Position numbers and translations under genes: made by a program. From contig OZ024740.1 of NCBI GenBank assembly GCA_964016885.1, positions 418,066,001 to 418,130,000 of the forward strand: a DNA stretch of 64,000 bases. Reading direction: 5' to 3'. Of this stretch, positions 14,400 to 29,755 are shown piece after piece (position 1 is the stretch's first letter; every line of letters starts with the position of its first letter). The notes under the pieces were generated by a model. That model was not told where the DNA came from. It saw nothing but the letters and a program-made list of their open reading frames with translations, and ran no database searches. Origin of the DNA: Eledone cirrhosa. Lineage: Eukaryota.

Positions 14400-15900
14400 C
14401 TTTTGGTATGTAGTCTACATGAGAGACAGGATAGTGAAGGCCTGACAGACTGTCCACTTCAATGACATCTGCCATAGTGAAACTGACATCTTTTGGTATG
14501 TAGTTTACATGAGAGACAGAGGATAGTAAAGGCCTGACAGATTGTCCACTTCAATGATATCTGCCATAGTGAAACTGACATCTTTTGGTATGTAGTCTAC
14601 ATGAGAGACGGAGGATAGTAAAGGCCTGACAGATTGTCCACTTCAATGACATCTGCCATAGTGAAACTGACATCTTTTGGTATGTAGTCTACATGAGAGA
14701 CAGAGGATAGTAAAGGCCTGACAGATTGTCCACTTCAATGATATCTGCCATAGTGAAACTGACATATTTTGGTATGTAGTCTACATCAAATACTGGATAG
14801 TATAGGCCTGACAGACTGTCCACTTCAATGACATCTGCCATAGTGAAACTGACATCTTTTGGTATGTAGTCTACATGAAAGACAGGATAGTAAAGGGCTG
14901 ACAGACTGTCCACTTCAATGACATCTGCCATAGTGAAACTGACATCTTTTGGTATGTAGTCTACATGAGTGACAGAGGATAGTATAGGCCTGCAGACTGT
15001 CCACTTCAATGACATCTGCCATAGTGAAATTGACATTTTTTGGTATGTAGGCTACATGAGAGACAGAGGATAGTAAAGGCCTGAGAGGCTGTCCACTTCA
15101 ATGACATCTGCCATAGAGAAACTGACATCTTTTGGTATGTAGTCTACATGAGAGACAGAGGATAGTATAGGCCTGAGAGATTGTCCACTTCAATGACATC
15201 TGCTATAGAGAAACTGACATCTTTTGGTATGTAGTCTACATGAGAGACAGAGGATAGTAAAGGCCTGAAAGATTGTCCACTACAATGACAACTGCCATAG
15301 TGAAACTGACATCTTTTGGAATGTAGTCTATATGAGACAGAGGATAGTATAGGCCTGACAGACTGTCCACTTCAATGATATCTGCTATAGAGAAACTGAC
15401 ATCTTTTGGTATGTAGTCTACATGAGAGACAGAGAATAGTAAAGACCAGACTGACTGTCCACGTCATTGACATCTGCCATAGTGAAACTGACATCTTTTG
15501 GTATGTAGTCAACGTGAGAGACAGAGGATAGTAAAGGCCTGACAGACTGTCCACTTCAATAACATCTGCCATAGTGAAACTGACATCTTTTGGTATGTAG
15601 TCTACATGAGAGACAGAGGATAGTAAAGGCCAGACTGACTGTCCACGTCAATGACATCTGCCATAGTGAAACAGACATCTTTTGGTATGTAGTCTACATG
15701 AGAGACAGAGGATAGTAAAGGCCTGACAGACTGTCCACTTCAATGACATCTGTCATAGTGAAACTGACATCTTTTGATATGTAGTGTACATGAGAAACAG
15801 AGGATAGTAAAGGCCTGACAGATTTTCCACTTCAATGACATCTACCATAGTGAAACTGACATCTTTTGGTATGTAGTCTACATGAAAGGCAGAGGATAGT
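14400..15900. repeat. Diverged partial third copy of the 69-mer unit
   Basis: ORFs 14689 vs 9822 and 15372 vs 10505 are offset by 4867 (53x92-9) with a few substitutions. It shares the 1-bp deletion GGCCTGCAG and the TAGGCTAC variant. Confidence 0.85.
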
Positions 15901-17350
15901 AAAGGCCTGACATTGTCCATTTCAATGACATCTGCCATAGTGAAACTGACATCTTTTGGTATGTAGTTTACATGAGAGACAGGGGATAGTAATGGCCTGC
16001 CAGATTGTCCATTTCAATGACATCGGCCATAGTGAAACTGACATTTTTTGGTATGTAGTCTACATGAGCGACAGAGGATAGTGTTGGCCTGAGAGACTGT
16101 CCACTTCAATGACATCTGCCATTGTAAAACTGACATCTTTTGGTGTGTAGTTTACATGAGAGACAGAGGATAGTAAAGGGCTGACAGACTGTGAACTTCA
16201 ATGACATCTGCCATAGTGAATCTGACATATTTTGGTATGTAGTCTACATGAAAGACAGAGCATAGTAAAGGCCTGACAGACTGTTCAGTTCAATGACATC
16301 TGCCATAGTGAAACTGACATCTTTTGGTATGTAGTCTACATGAGAGACAGAGGATAGTAATGTCCTGGCAGACTGTCCATTTCAATGACATCTGCCATAG
16401 TGAAACTGACATCTTTTGGTACGTAGTCTACATGAGAGACAGAAGATAGTAAAGGCCTGACAGACTGTCCACTTCAATGACATCTGCCATAGTGAAACTG
16501 ACATCTTTTGGTATGTAGTTTACATGAGAGACAGAGGATAGTAAAGGCCTGACAGATTGTCCACTTCAATGACATCTGTCATAGTGAAACTGACATCTTT
16601 TGATATGTAGTGTACATGAGAAACAGAGGATAGTAAAGGCCTGACAGATTTTCCACTTCAATGACATCTGCCATAGTGAAACTGACATCTTTTGGTATGT
16701 AGTCTACATGAAAGGCAGAGGATAGTAAAGGCCTGACATTGTCCATTTCAATGACATCTGCCATAGTGAAACTGACATCTTTTGGTATGTAGTTTACATG
16801 AGAGACAGGGGATAGTAATGGCCTGCCAGATTGTCCATTTCAATGACATCTGCCATAGTGAAACTGACATTTTTTGGTATGTAGTCTACATGAGCGACAG
16901 AGGATAGTGTTGGCCTGACAGACTGTCCACTTCAATGACATCTGCCATTGTAAAACTGACATCTTTTGGTGTGTAGTTTACATGAGAGACAGAGGATAGT
17001 AAAGGCCTGACAGACTGTGAACTTCAATGACATCTGCCATAGTGAAACTGACATATTTTGGTATGTAGTCTACATGAAAGACAGAGCATAGTAAAGGCCT
17101 GACAGACTGTTCACTTCAATGACATCTGCCATAGTGAAACTGACATCTTTTGGTATGTAGTCTACATGAGAGACAGAGGATAGTAATGTCCTGGCAGACT
17201 GTCCATTTCAATGACATCTGCCATAGTGAAACTGACATCTTTTGGTATGTAGTCTACATGAGAGACAGAGGATAGTAAAGGCCTGACAGACTGTCCACTT
17301 CAATGACATCTGCCATAGTGAAACTGACATCTTTTGGTATGTAGTCTACA
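15745..17350. repeat. 9-monomer (826-bp) tandem duplication with several SNP differences
   Basis: ORFs 15753/16579 are offset by 826 (9x92-2). Both copies share the private 2-bp deletion CCTGACATTGTCC at about 15910 and 16736. Confidence 0.88.
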
Positions 17351-17499
17351 TGAGAGACAGGATAGTGAAGGCCTGACAGACTGTCCACTTCAATGACATC
17401 TGCCATATTGAAACTGACATCTTTTGGTATGTAGTTTACATGAGAGACAGAGGATAGTAAAGGCCTGACAGATTGTCCACTTCATTGACATCAGCCATA

Positions 17500-20345
17500 G
17501 TGAAACTGACATCTTTTGGAATGTAGTCTACATGAGAGACAGGATAGTAAAGGCCTGACAGACTGTGAACTTCAATGACATCTGCCATAGTGAAACTGAC
17601 ATCTTTTGGTATGTAGTCTACATGAAAGACAGAGGATAGTAAAGGCCTGACAGATTGTCCACTTCAATGACATCTGCCATAGTGAAACTGACATCTTTTG
17701 GTATGTAGTCTACATGAGAGACGGGATAGTAAATGCCTGACAGACTGTGAACTTCAATGACATCTGCCATAGTGAAACTGACATCTTTTGGTATGTAGTC
17801 TACATGAAAGACAGAGGATAGTAAAGGCCTGACAGATTGTCCACTTCATTGACATCAGCCATAGTGAAACTGACATCTTTTGGTATGTAGTCTACATGAG
17901 AGACAGAGGATAGTAAAGGCCTGACAGATTGTCCACTTCAATGATATCTGCCATAGTGAAACTGACATCTTTTGGTATGTAGTCTACATCAAATACTGGA
18001 TAGTATAGGCCTGACAGACTGTCCACTTCAATGACAACTGCCATAGTGAAACTGACATCTTTTGGTATGTAGTCTACATGAAAGACAGGATAGTAAAGGC
18101 CTGAGAGGCTGTCCACTTCAATGACATCTGCCATAGAGAAACTGACATCTTTTGGTATGTAGTCTACATGAGAGACAGAGGATAGTATAGGCCTGAGAGA
18201 CTGTCCACTTCAATGACATCTGCTATAGAGAAACTGACATCTGTTGGTATGTAGTCTACACGAGAGACAGAGAATAGTAAAGGCCAGACTGACTGTCCAC
18301 GTCATTGACATCTGCCATAGTGAAAGAGACATCTTTTGGTATGTAGTCTACATGAGAGACAGAGGATAGTAAAGGCCTGACAGATTGTCCACTACAATGA
18401 CAACTGCCATAGTGAATCTGACATATTTTGGTATGTAGTCTACATGAAAGACAGAGCATAGTAAAGGCCTGACAGACTGTTCAGTTCAATGACATCTGCC
18501 ATAGTGAAACTGACATCTTTTGGTATGTAGTCTACATGAGAGACAGAGGATAGTAATGTCCTGGCAGACTGTCCATTTCAATGACATCTGCCATAGTGAA
18601 ACTGACATCTTTTGGTACGTAGTCTACATGAGAGACAGAAGATCGTAAAGGCCTGACAGACTGTCCACTTCAATGACATCTGCCATAGTGAAACTGACAT
18701 CTTTTGGTATGTAGTTTACATGAGAGACAGAGGATAGTAAAGGCCTGACAGATTGTCCACTTCAATGACATCTGCCATAGTGAAACTGACATCTTTTGGT
18801 GGGTAGTTTACATGAGAGACAGAGGATAGTAAAGGGCTGACAGACTGTGAACTTCAATGACATCTGCCATAGTGAAACTGACATATTTTGGTATGTAGTC
18901 TACATGAAAGACAGAGCATAGTAAAGGCCTGACAGACTGTTCACTTCAATGACTTCTGCCATAGTGAAACTGACATCTTTTGGTATGTAGTCTACATGAG
19001 AGACAGAGGATAGTAATGTCCTCGCAGACTGTCCATTTCAATGACATCTGCCATAGTGAAACTGACATCTTTTGGTATGTAGTCTACATGAGAGACAGAG
19101 GATAGTAAAGGCCTGACAGACTGTCCACTTCAATGACATCTGCCATAGTGAAACTGACATCTTTTGGTATGTAGTCTACATGAGAGACAGGATAGTGAAG
19201 GCCTGACAGACTGTCCACTTCAATGACATCTGCCATAGTGAAACTGACATCTTTTGGTATGTAGTTTACATGAGAGACAGAGGATAGTAAAGGCCTGACA
19301 GATTGTCCACTTCAATGATATCTGCCATAGTGAAACTGACATCTTTTGGTATGTAGTCTACATGAGAGACAGAGGATAGTAAAGGCCTGACAGATTGTCC
19401 ACTTCAATGATATCTGCCATAGTGAAACTGACATCTTTTGGAATGTAGTCTACATGAGAGTCAGGATAGTAAAGGCCTGACAGACTGTGAACTTCAATGA
19501 CATCTGCCATAGTGAAACTGACATCTTTTGGTATGTAGTCTACATGAAAGACAGAGGATAGTAAAGGCCTGACAGATTGTCCACTTCAATGACATCTGCC
19601 ATAGTGAAACTGACATCTTTTGGTATGTAGTCTACATGAGAGACAGGATAGTAAATGCCTGACAGACTGTGAACTTCAATGACATCTGCCATAGTGAAAC
19701 TGACATCTTTAGGTATGTAGTCTACATGAAAGACAGAGGATAGTGTTGGCCTGACAGATTGTCCACTTCATTGACATCAGCCATAGTGAAACTGACATCT
19801 TTTGGTATGTAGTCTACATGAGAGACAGAGGATAGTAAAGGCCTGACAGATTGTCCACTTCAATGATATCTGCCATAGTGAAACTGACATCTTTTGGTAT
19901 GTAGTCTACATCAAATACTGGATAGTATAGGCCTGACAGACTGTCCACTTCAATGACAACTGCCATAGTGAAACTGACATCTTTTGGTATGTAGTCTACA
20001 TGAAAGACAGGATAGTAAAGGCCTGAGAGGCTGTCCACTTCAATGACATCTGCCATAGAGAAACTGACATCTTTTGGTATGTAGTCTACATGAGAGACAG
20101 AGGATAGTATAGGCCTGAGAGACTGTCCACTTCAATGACATCTGCTATAGAGAAACTGACATCTGTTGGTATGTAGTCTACACGAGAGACAGAGAATAGT
20201 AAAAGCCAGACTGACTGTCCACGTCATTGACATCTGCCATAGTGAAACAGACATCTTTTGGTATGTAGTCTACATGAGAGACAGAGGATAGTAAAGGCCT
20301 GACAGATTGTCCACTACAATGACAACTGCCATAGTGAAACTGACA
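17500..20345. repeat. Block repeated at a 21-monomer (1,922-bp) offset
   Basis: ORFs 17892/19814 and CAAATACTGG at 17990/19912 are offset by 1922 (21x92-10). Confidence 0.88.
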
Positions 20346-21381
20346 TCTTTTGGTATGTAGTCTATATGAGACAGAGGATAGTATATGCCTGACAGACTGT
20401 CCACTTCAATGACATCTGCTATAGAGAAACTGACATCTTTTGGTATGTAGTCTACATGAGAGACAGAGAATAGTAAATGCCAGACTGACTGTCCACGCCA
20501 ATGACATCTGCCATAGTGAAACAGACATCTTTTCGTATGTAGTCTACATGAGAGACAGAGGATAGTAAAGGCCTGACACACTGTCCACTTCAATGACATC
20601 TGCCATAGTGAAACTGACATCTTTTGGTATGTAGTCTTCATGAGAGACAGAAGATAGTAAAGGCCTGACAGACTGTCCACTTCAATGACATCTGTCATAG
20701 TGAAACTGACATCTTTTGATATGTAGTGTACATGAGAAACAGAGGATAGTAAAGGCCTGACAGATTGTCCACTTCAATGACATCTGTCATAGTGAAACTG
20801 ACATCTTTCGGTATGTAGTCTACATGAGTGACAGAGGATAGTAAAGGCCTGACAGACTGTGAACTTCAATGACATCTGCCATAGTGAAACTGACATCTTT
20901 TGGTATGTAGTCTACATGAGAGACAGAGGATAGTAAAGGCCTGACAGATTGTCCACTTCAATGATATCTGACATAGTGAAACTGACATCTTTTGGTATGT
21001 AGTCTACATCAGAGACAGAGGATAGCATAGGCCTGACAGATTTTCCACTTCAATGACATCTGCCATAGTGAAACTGACATCTTTTGGTATGTAGTTTACA
21101 TGAGAGACAGAGGATAGTAATGGCCTGCCAGATTGTCCATTTCAATGACATCTGCCATAGTGAAACTGACATGTTTTGGTATGTAATCTACATGAGCGAC
21201 AGAGGATAGTGTTCGCCTGACAGACTGTCCACTTCAATGACATCTGCCATTGTAAAACTGACATCTTTTGGTATGTAGTTTACATGAGAGACAGAGGATA
21301 GTAAAGGCCTGACAGACCGTCCACTTCAATGACATCTGCCATAGTGAAACTGACATCTTTTGGTATGTAGTCAACATGAGA

Positions 21382-24300
21382 GACAGAGGATAGTAAAGGC
21401 CAGACTGTCTGTCCACGTCAATGACATCTGCCATAGTGAAACAGACATCTTTTGATATGTAGTGTACATGAGAAACAGAGGATAGTAAAGGCCTGACAGA
21501 CTGTGAACTTCAATGACATCTGCCATAGTGAAACAGACATCTTTTGGTATGTAGTCTACATGAGCGACAGAGGATAGTGTTGGCCTGACAGACTGTCCAC
21601 TTCAATGACATCTGCCATTGTAAAACTGACATCTTTTGGTATGTAGTTTACATGAGAGACAGAGGATAGTAAAGGCCTGACAGACTGTCCACTTCAATGA
21701 CATCTGCCATAGTGAAACTGACATTTTTTGGTATGTACTCTACATGAAAGACAGAGGATAGTAAAGGCCTGACAGACTGTCCACTTTAATGAGATCTGCC
21801 TTAGTGAAACTGACATCTTTTGGTATGTAGTCTACATGAGAGACAGAAGATAGTAAAGGCCTGACAGATTGTCCATTTCAATGACATCTGCCATAGTGAA
21901 ACTGACATTTTTGGTATGTAGTCTACATGAGAGACAGAGGAAAGTATAGGACTGACAGACTGTACACTTCAATGACATCTACCATAGTGAAACTGACATC
22001 TTTAGGTATGTAGGCTACATGAGAGACAGAGGATAGTAAAGGCCAGACTGACTGTCCACGTCAATAACATCTGCCATAGTGAAACAGACATCTTTTGGTA
22101 TGTAGTCTACATGAGAGACAGAGGATAGTAAAGGCCTGACAGACTGTCCACTTCAATGACATCTGCCATAGTGAAACTGACATCTTTTGGTATGTAGTCT
22201 ACATGAAAGGCAGAGGATAGTAAAGGCCTGACAGATTGTCCATTTCAATGACATCTGCCATAGTGAAACTGACATCTTTTGGTATGTAGTTTACATGAGA
22301 GACAGAGGATAGTAATGGCCTACCAGATTGTCCATTTCAATGACATCTGCCATAGTGAAACTGACATTTTTTGGTGTGTAATCTACATGAGCGACAGAGG
22401 ATAGTGTTCGCCTGACAGACTGTCCACTTCAATGACATCTGCCATTGTAAAACTGACATCTTTTGGTATGTAGTTTACAGGAGAGACAGAGGATAGTAAA
22501 GGCCTGACAGACCGTCCACTTCAATGACATCTGCCATAGTGAAACTGACATCTTTTGGTATGTAGTCAACATGAGAGACAGAGGATAGTAAAGGCCTGAC
22601 AGACTGTCCACTTCAATGACATCTGCCATAGTGAAACTGACATCTTTTGGTATGTAGTCAACATGAGAGACAGAGGATAGTAAAGGCCTGACAGACTGTC
22701 CACTTCAATGACATCTGCCATAGTGAAACTGACATCTTTTGGTATGTAGTCTACATGAAAGACAGAGGATAGTGTTGGCCTGACAGATTGTCCACTTCAT
22801 TGACATCAGCCATAGTGAAACTGACATCTTTTGGTATGTAGTCTACATGAGAGACAGAGGATAGTAAAGGCCTGACAGATTGTCCACTTCAATGATATCT
22901 GCCATAGTGAAACTGACATCTTTTGGTATGTAGTCTACATGAGAGACAGAGGATAGTATAGGCCTGACAGACTGTCCACTTCAATGACAACTGCCATAGT
23001 GAAACTAACATCTTTTGGTATGTAGTCTACATGAAAGACAGGATAGTAAAGGCCTGAGAGGCTGTCCACTTCAATGACATCTGCCATAGAGAAACTGACA
23101 TCTTTTGGTATGTAGTCTACATGAGAGACAGAGGATAGTATAGGCCTGAGAGACTGTCCACTTCAATGACATCTGCTATAGAGAAACTGACATCTGTTGG
23201 TATGTAGTCTACACGAGAGACAGAGAATAGTAAAGGCCAGACTGACTGTCCACGTCATTGACATCTGCCATAGTGAAACAGACATCTTTTGGTATGTAGT
23301 CTACATGAGAGACAGAGGATAGTAAAGGTCTGACAGATTGTCCACTACAATGACAACTGCCATAGTGAAACTGACATCTTTTGGTATGTAGTCTATATGA
23401 GACAGAGGATAGTATATGCCTGACAGACTGTCCACTTCAATGACATCTGCTATAGAGAAACTGACATCTTTTGGTATGTAGTCTACATGAGAGACAGAGA
23501 ATAGTAAATGCCAGACTGACTGTCCACGTCATTGACATCTGCCATAGTGAAACAGACATCTTTTGGTATGTAGTCTACATGAGAGACAGAGGATAGTAAA
23601 GGCCTGACAGACTGTCCACTTCAATGACATCTGCCATAGTGAAACTGACATCTTTTGGTATGTAGTCAACATGAGAGACAGAGGATAGTAAAGGCCAGAC
23701 TGACTGTCCACGCCAATGACATCTGCCATAGTGAAACAGACATCTTTTCGTATGTAGTCTACATGAGAGACAGAGGATAGTAAAGGCCTGACAGACTGTC
23801 CACTTCAATGACATCTGCCATAGTGAAACTGACATCTTTTGGTATGTAGTCTTCATGAGAGACAGAGGATAGTAAAGGCCTGACAGACTGTGAACTTCAA
23901 TGACATCTGCCATAGTGAAACTGACATCTTTTGGTATGTAGTCTACATCAGAGACAGAGGATAGCATAGGCCTGACAGATTGTCCATTTCAATGACATCT
24001 GCCATAGTGAAACTGACATGTTTTGGTATGTAATCTACATGAGCGACAGAGGATAGTGTTCGCCTGACAGACTGTCCACTTCAATGACATCTGCCATTGT
24101 AAAACTGACATCTTTTGGTATGTAGTTTACATGAGAGACAGAGGATAGTAAAGGCCTGACAGACTGTCCACTTCAATGACATCTGCCATAGTGAAACTGA
24201 CATTTTTTGGTATGTACTCTACATGAAAGACAGAGGATAGTAAAGGCCTGACAGACTGTCCACTTTAATGAGATCTGCCTTAGTGAAACTGACATCTTTT

Positions 24301-27300
24301 GGTATGTAGTCTACATGAGAGACAGAAGATAGTAAAGGCCTGACAGATTGTCCATTTCAATGACATCTGCCATAGTGAAACTGACATTTTTGGTATGTAG
24401 TCTACATGAGAGACAGAGGAAAGTATAGGACTGACAGACTGTACACTTCAATGACATCTACCATAGTGAAACTGACATCTTTAGGTATGTAGGCTACATG
24501 AGAGACAGAGGATAGTAAAGGCCAGACTGACTGTCCACGTCAATAACATCTGCCATAGTGAAACTGACATTTTTTGGTATGTACTCTACATGAAAGACAG
24601 AGGATAGTAAAGGCCTGACAGACTGTCCACTTTAATGAGATCTGCCTTAGTGAAACTGACATCTTTTGGTATGTAGTCTACATGAGAGACAGAGGAAAGT
24701 ATAGGACTGACAGACTGTACACTTCAATGACATCTACCATAGTGAAACTGACATCTTTAGGTATGTAGGCTACATGAGAGACAGAGGATAGTAAAGGCCA
24801 GACTGACTGTCCACGTCAATAACATCTGCCATAGTGAAACTGACATCTTTTGGTATGTAGTCTACATGAGAGACAGAGGATAGTAAAGGCCTGACAGACT
24901 GTCCACTTCAATGACATCTGCCATAGTGAAACTGACATCTTTTGGTATGTAGTCTACATGAAAGGCAGAGGATAGTAAAGGCCTGACAGATTGTCCATTT
25001 CAATGACATCTGCCATAGTGAAACTGACATCTTTTGGTATGTAGTTTACATGAGAGACAGAGGATAGTAATGGCCTGCCAGATTGTCCATTTCAATGACA
25101 TCTGCCATAGTGAAACTGACATTTTTTGGTGTGTAATCTACATGAGCGACAGAGGATAGTGTTCGCCTGACAGACTGTCCACTTCAATGACATCTGCCAT
25201 TGTAAAACTGACATCTTTTGGTATGTAGTTTACATGAGAGACAGAGGATAGTAAAGGCCTGACAGACCGTCCACTTCAATGACATCTGCCATAGTGAAAC
25301 TGACATCTTTTGGTATGTAGTCAACATGAGAGACAGAGGATAGTAAAGGCCTGACAGTCTGTCCACTTCAATAACATCTGCCATAGTGAAACTGACATCT
25401 TTTGGTATGTAGTCTACATGAGAGACAGAGGATAGTAAAGGCCAGACTGACTGTCCACGTCAATGACATCTGCCACAGTGAAACAGACATCTTTTGGTAC
25501 GTAGTCTACATGAGAGACAGAGGATAGTAAAGGCCTGACAGACTGTCCACTTCAATGACATCTGCCATAGTGAAACTGACATCTTTTGGTATGTAGTCTA
25601 CATGAGAGACAGAGGATAGTAAAGGCCTGACAGACTGTCCACTTCAATGACATCTGTCATAGTGAAACTGACATCTTTTCGTATGTAGTCTACATGAGTG
25701 ACAGAGGATAGTAAAGGCCAGACTGTCTGTCCACGTCAATGACATCTGCCATAGTGAAACAGACATCTTTTGATATGTAGTGTACATGAGAAACAGAGGA
25801 TAGTAAAGGCCTGACAGACTGTGAACTTCAATGACATCTGCCATAGTGAAACAGACATCTTTTGGTATGTAGTCTACATGAGCGACAGAGGATAGTGTTG
25901 GCCTGACAGACTGTCCACTTCAATGACATCTGCCATTGTAAAACTGACATCTTTTGGTATGTAGTTTACATGAGAGACAGAGGATAGTAAAGGCCTGACA
26001 GACTGTCCACTTCAATGACATCTGCCATAGTGAAACTGACATTTTTTGGTATGTACTCTACATGAAAGACAGAGGATAGTAAAGGCCTGACAGACTGTCC
26101 ACTTTAATGAGATCTGCCTTAGTGAAACTGACATCTTTTGGTATGTAGTCTACATGAGAGACAGAAGATAGTAAAGGCCTGACAGATTGTCCATTTCAAT
26201 GACATCTGCCATAGTGAAACTGACATTTTTGGTATGTAGTCTACATGAGAGACAGAGGAAAGTATAGGACTGACAGACTGTACACTTCAATGACATCTAC
26301 CATAGTGAAACTGACATCTTTAGGTATGTAGGCTACATGAGAGACAGAGGATAGTAAAGGCCAGACTGACTGTCCACGTCAATAACATCTGCCATAGTGA
26401 AACAGACATCTTTTGGTATGTAGTCTACATGAGAGACAGAGGATAGTAAAGGCCTGACAGACTGTCCACTTCAATGACATCTGCCATAGTGAAACTGACA
26501 TCTTTTGGTATGTAGTCTACATGAAAGGCAGAGGATAGTAAAGGCCTGACAGATTGTCCATTTCAATGACATCTGCCATAGTGAAACTGACATCTTTTGG
26601 TATGTAGTTTACATGAGAGACAGAGGATAGTAATGGCCTACCAGATTGTCCATTTCAATGACATCTGCCATAGTGAAACTGACATTTTTTGGTGTGTAAT
26701 CTACATGAGCGACAGAGGATAGTGTTCGCCTGACAGACTGTCCACTTCAATGACATCTGCCATTGTAAAACTGACATCTTTTGGTATGTAGTTTACAGGA
26801 GAGACAGAGGATAGTAAAGGCCTGACAGACCGTCCACTTCAATGACATCTGCCATAGTGAAACTGACATCTTTTGGTATGTAGTCAACATGAGAGACAGA
26901 GGATAGTAAAGGCCTGACAGACTGTCCACTTCAATGACATCTGCCATAGTGAAACTGACATCTTTTGGTATGTAGTCAACATGAGAGACAGAGGATAGTA
27001 AAGGCCTGACAGACTGTCCACTTCAATGACATCTGCCATAGTGAAACTGACATCTTTTGGTATGTAGTCTACATGAAAGACAGAGGATAGTGTTGGCCTG
27101 ACAGATTGTCCACTTCATTGACATCAGCCATAGTGAAACTGACATCTTTTGGTATGTAGTCTACATGAGAGACAGAGGATAGTAAAGGCCTGACAGATTG
27201 TCCACTTCAATGATATCTGCCATAGTGAAACTGACATCTTTTGGTATGTAGTCTACATGAGAGACAGAGGATAGTATAGGCCTGACAGACTGTCCACTTC

Positions 27301-29755
27301 AATGACAACTGCCATAGTGAAACTAACATCTTTTGGTATGTAGTCTACATGAAAGACAGGATAGTAAAGGCCTGAGAGGCTGTCCACTTCAATGACATCT
27401 GCCATAGAGAAACTGACATCTTTTGGTATGTAGTCTACATGAGAGACAGAGGATAGTATAGGCCTGAGAGACTGTCCACTTCAATGACATCTGCTATAGA
27501 GAAACTGACATCTGTTGGTATGTAGTCTACACGAGAGACAGAGAATAGTAAAGGCCAGACTGACTGTCCACGTCATTGACATCTGCCATAGTGAAACAGA
27601 CATCTTTTGGTATGTAGTCTACATGAGAGACAGAGGATAGTAAAGGTCTGACAGATTGTCCACTACAATGACAACTGCCATAGTGAAACTGACATCTTTT
27701 GGTATGTAGTCTATATGAGACAGAGGATAGTATATGCCTGACAGACTGTCCACTTCAATGACATCTGCTATAGAGAAACTGACATCTTTTGGTATGTAGT
27801 CTACATGAGAGACAGAGAATAGTAAATGCCAGACTGACTGTCCACGTCATTGACATCTGCCATAGTGAAACAGACATCTTTTGGTATGTAGTCTACATGA
27901 GAGACAGAGGATAGTAAAGGCCTGACAGACTGTCCACTTCAATGACATCTGCCATAGTGAAACTGACATCTTTTGGTATGTAGTCAACATGAGAGACAGA
28001 GGATAGTAAAGGCCAGACTGACTGTCCACGCCAATGACATCTGCCATAGTGAAACAGACATCTTTTCGTATGTAGTCTACATGAGAGACAGAGGATAGTA
28101 AAGGCCTGACAGACTGTCCACTTCAATGACATCTGCCATAGTGAAACTGACATCTTTTGGTATGTAGTCTTCATGAGAGACAGAGGATAGTAAAGGCCTG
28201 ACAGACTGTGAACTTCAATGACATCTGCCATAGTGAAACTGACATCTTTTGGTATGTAGTCTACATCAGAGACAGAGGATAGCATAGGCCTGACAGATTG
28301 TCCATTTCAATGACATCTGCCATAGTGAAACTGACATGTTTTGGTATGTAATCTACATGAGCGACAGAGGATAGTGTTCGCCTGACAGACTGTCCACTTC
28401 AATGACATCTGCCATTGTAAAACTGACATCTTTTGGTATGTAGTTTACATGAGAGACAGAGGATAGTAAAGGCCTGACAGACTGTCCACTTCAATGACAT
28501 CTTCCATAGTGAAACTGACATTTTTTGGTATGTACTCTACATGAAAGACAGAGGATAGTAAAGGCCTGACAGACTGTCCACTTTAATGAGATCTGCCTTA
28601 GTGAAACTGACATCTTTTGGTATGTAGTCTACATGAGAGACAGAAGATAGTAAAGGCCTGACAGATTGTCCATTTCAATGACATCTGCCATAGTGAAACT
28701 GACATTTTTGGTATGTAGTCTACATGAGAGACAGAGGAAAGTATAGGACTGACAGACTGTACACTTCAATGACATCTACCATAGTGAAACTGACATCTTT
28801 AGGTATGTAGGCTACATGAGAGACAGAGGATAGTAAAGGCCAGACTGACTGTCCACGTCAATAACATCTGCCATAGTGAAACTGACATCTTTTGGTATGT
28901 AGTCTACATGAGAGACAGAGGATAGTAAAGGCCTGACAGACTGTCCACTTCAATGACATCTGCCATAGTGAAACTGACATCTTTTGGTATGTAGTCTACA
29001 TGAAAGGCAGAGGATAGTAAAGGCCTGACAGATTGTCCATTTCAATGACATCTGCCATAGTGAAACTGACATCTTTTGGTATGTAGTTTACATGAGAGAC
29101 AGAGGATAGTAATGGCCTGCCAGATTGTCCATTTCAATGACATCTGCCATAGTGAAACTGACATTTTTTGGTGTGTAATCTACATGAGCGACAGAGGATA
29201 GTGTTCGCCTGACAGACTGTCCACTTCAATGACATCTGCCATTGTAAAACTGACATCTTTTGGTATGTAGTTTACATGAGAGACAGAGGATAGTAAAGGC
29301 CTGACAGACCGTCCACTTCAATGACATCTGCCATAGTGAAACTGACATCTTTTGGTATGTAGTCAACATGAGAGACAGAGGATAGTAAAGGCCTGACAGT
29401 CTGTCCACTTCAATAACATCTGCCATAGTGAAACTGACATCTTTTGGTATGTAGTCTACATGAGAGACAGAGGATAGTAAAGGCCAGACTGACTGTCCAC
29501 GTCAATGACATCTGCCACAGTGAAACAGACATCTTTTGGTACGTAGTCTACATGAGAGACAGAGGATAGTAAAGGCCTGACAGACTGTCCACTTCAATGA
29601 CATCTGCCATAGTGAAACTGACATCTTTTGGTATGTAGTCTACATGAGAGACAGAGGATAGTAAAGGCCTGACAGACTGTCCACTTCAATGACATCTGTC
29701 ATAGTGAAACTGACATCTTTTCGTATGTAGTCTACATGAGTGACAGAGGATAGTA
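21382..29755. repeat. 47-mer/44-mer tandem duplication (4,318-bp offset, falling to 4,042 after a 3-monomer indel)
   Basis: ORFs 22429/26747, 23529/27847 and 23575/27893 are offset by 4318 (47x92-6). ORFs 25184/29226 are offset by 4042 (4318-276). The extra trimer lies at about 24571-24846. Confidence 0.9.
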
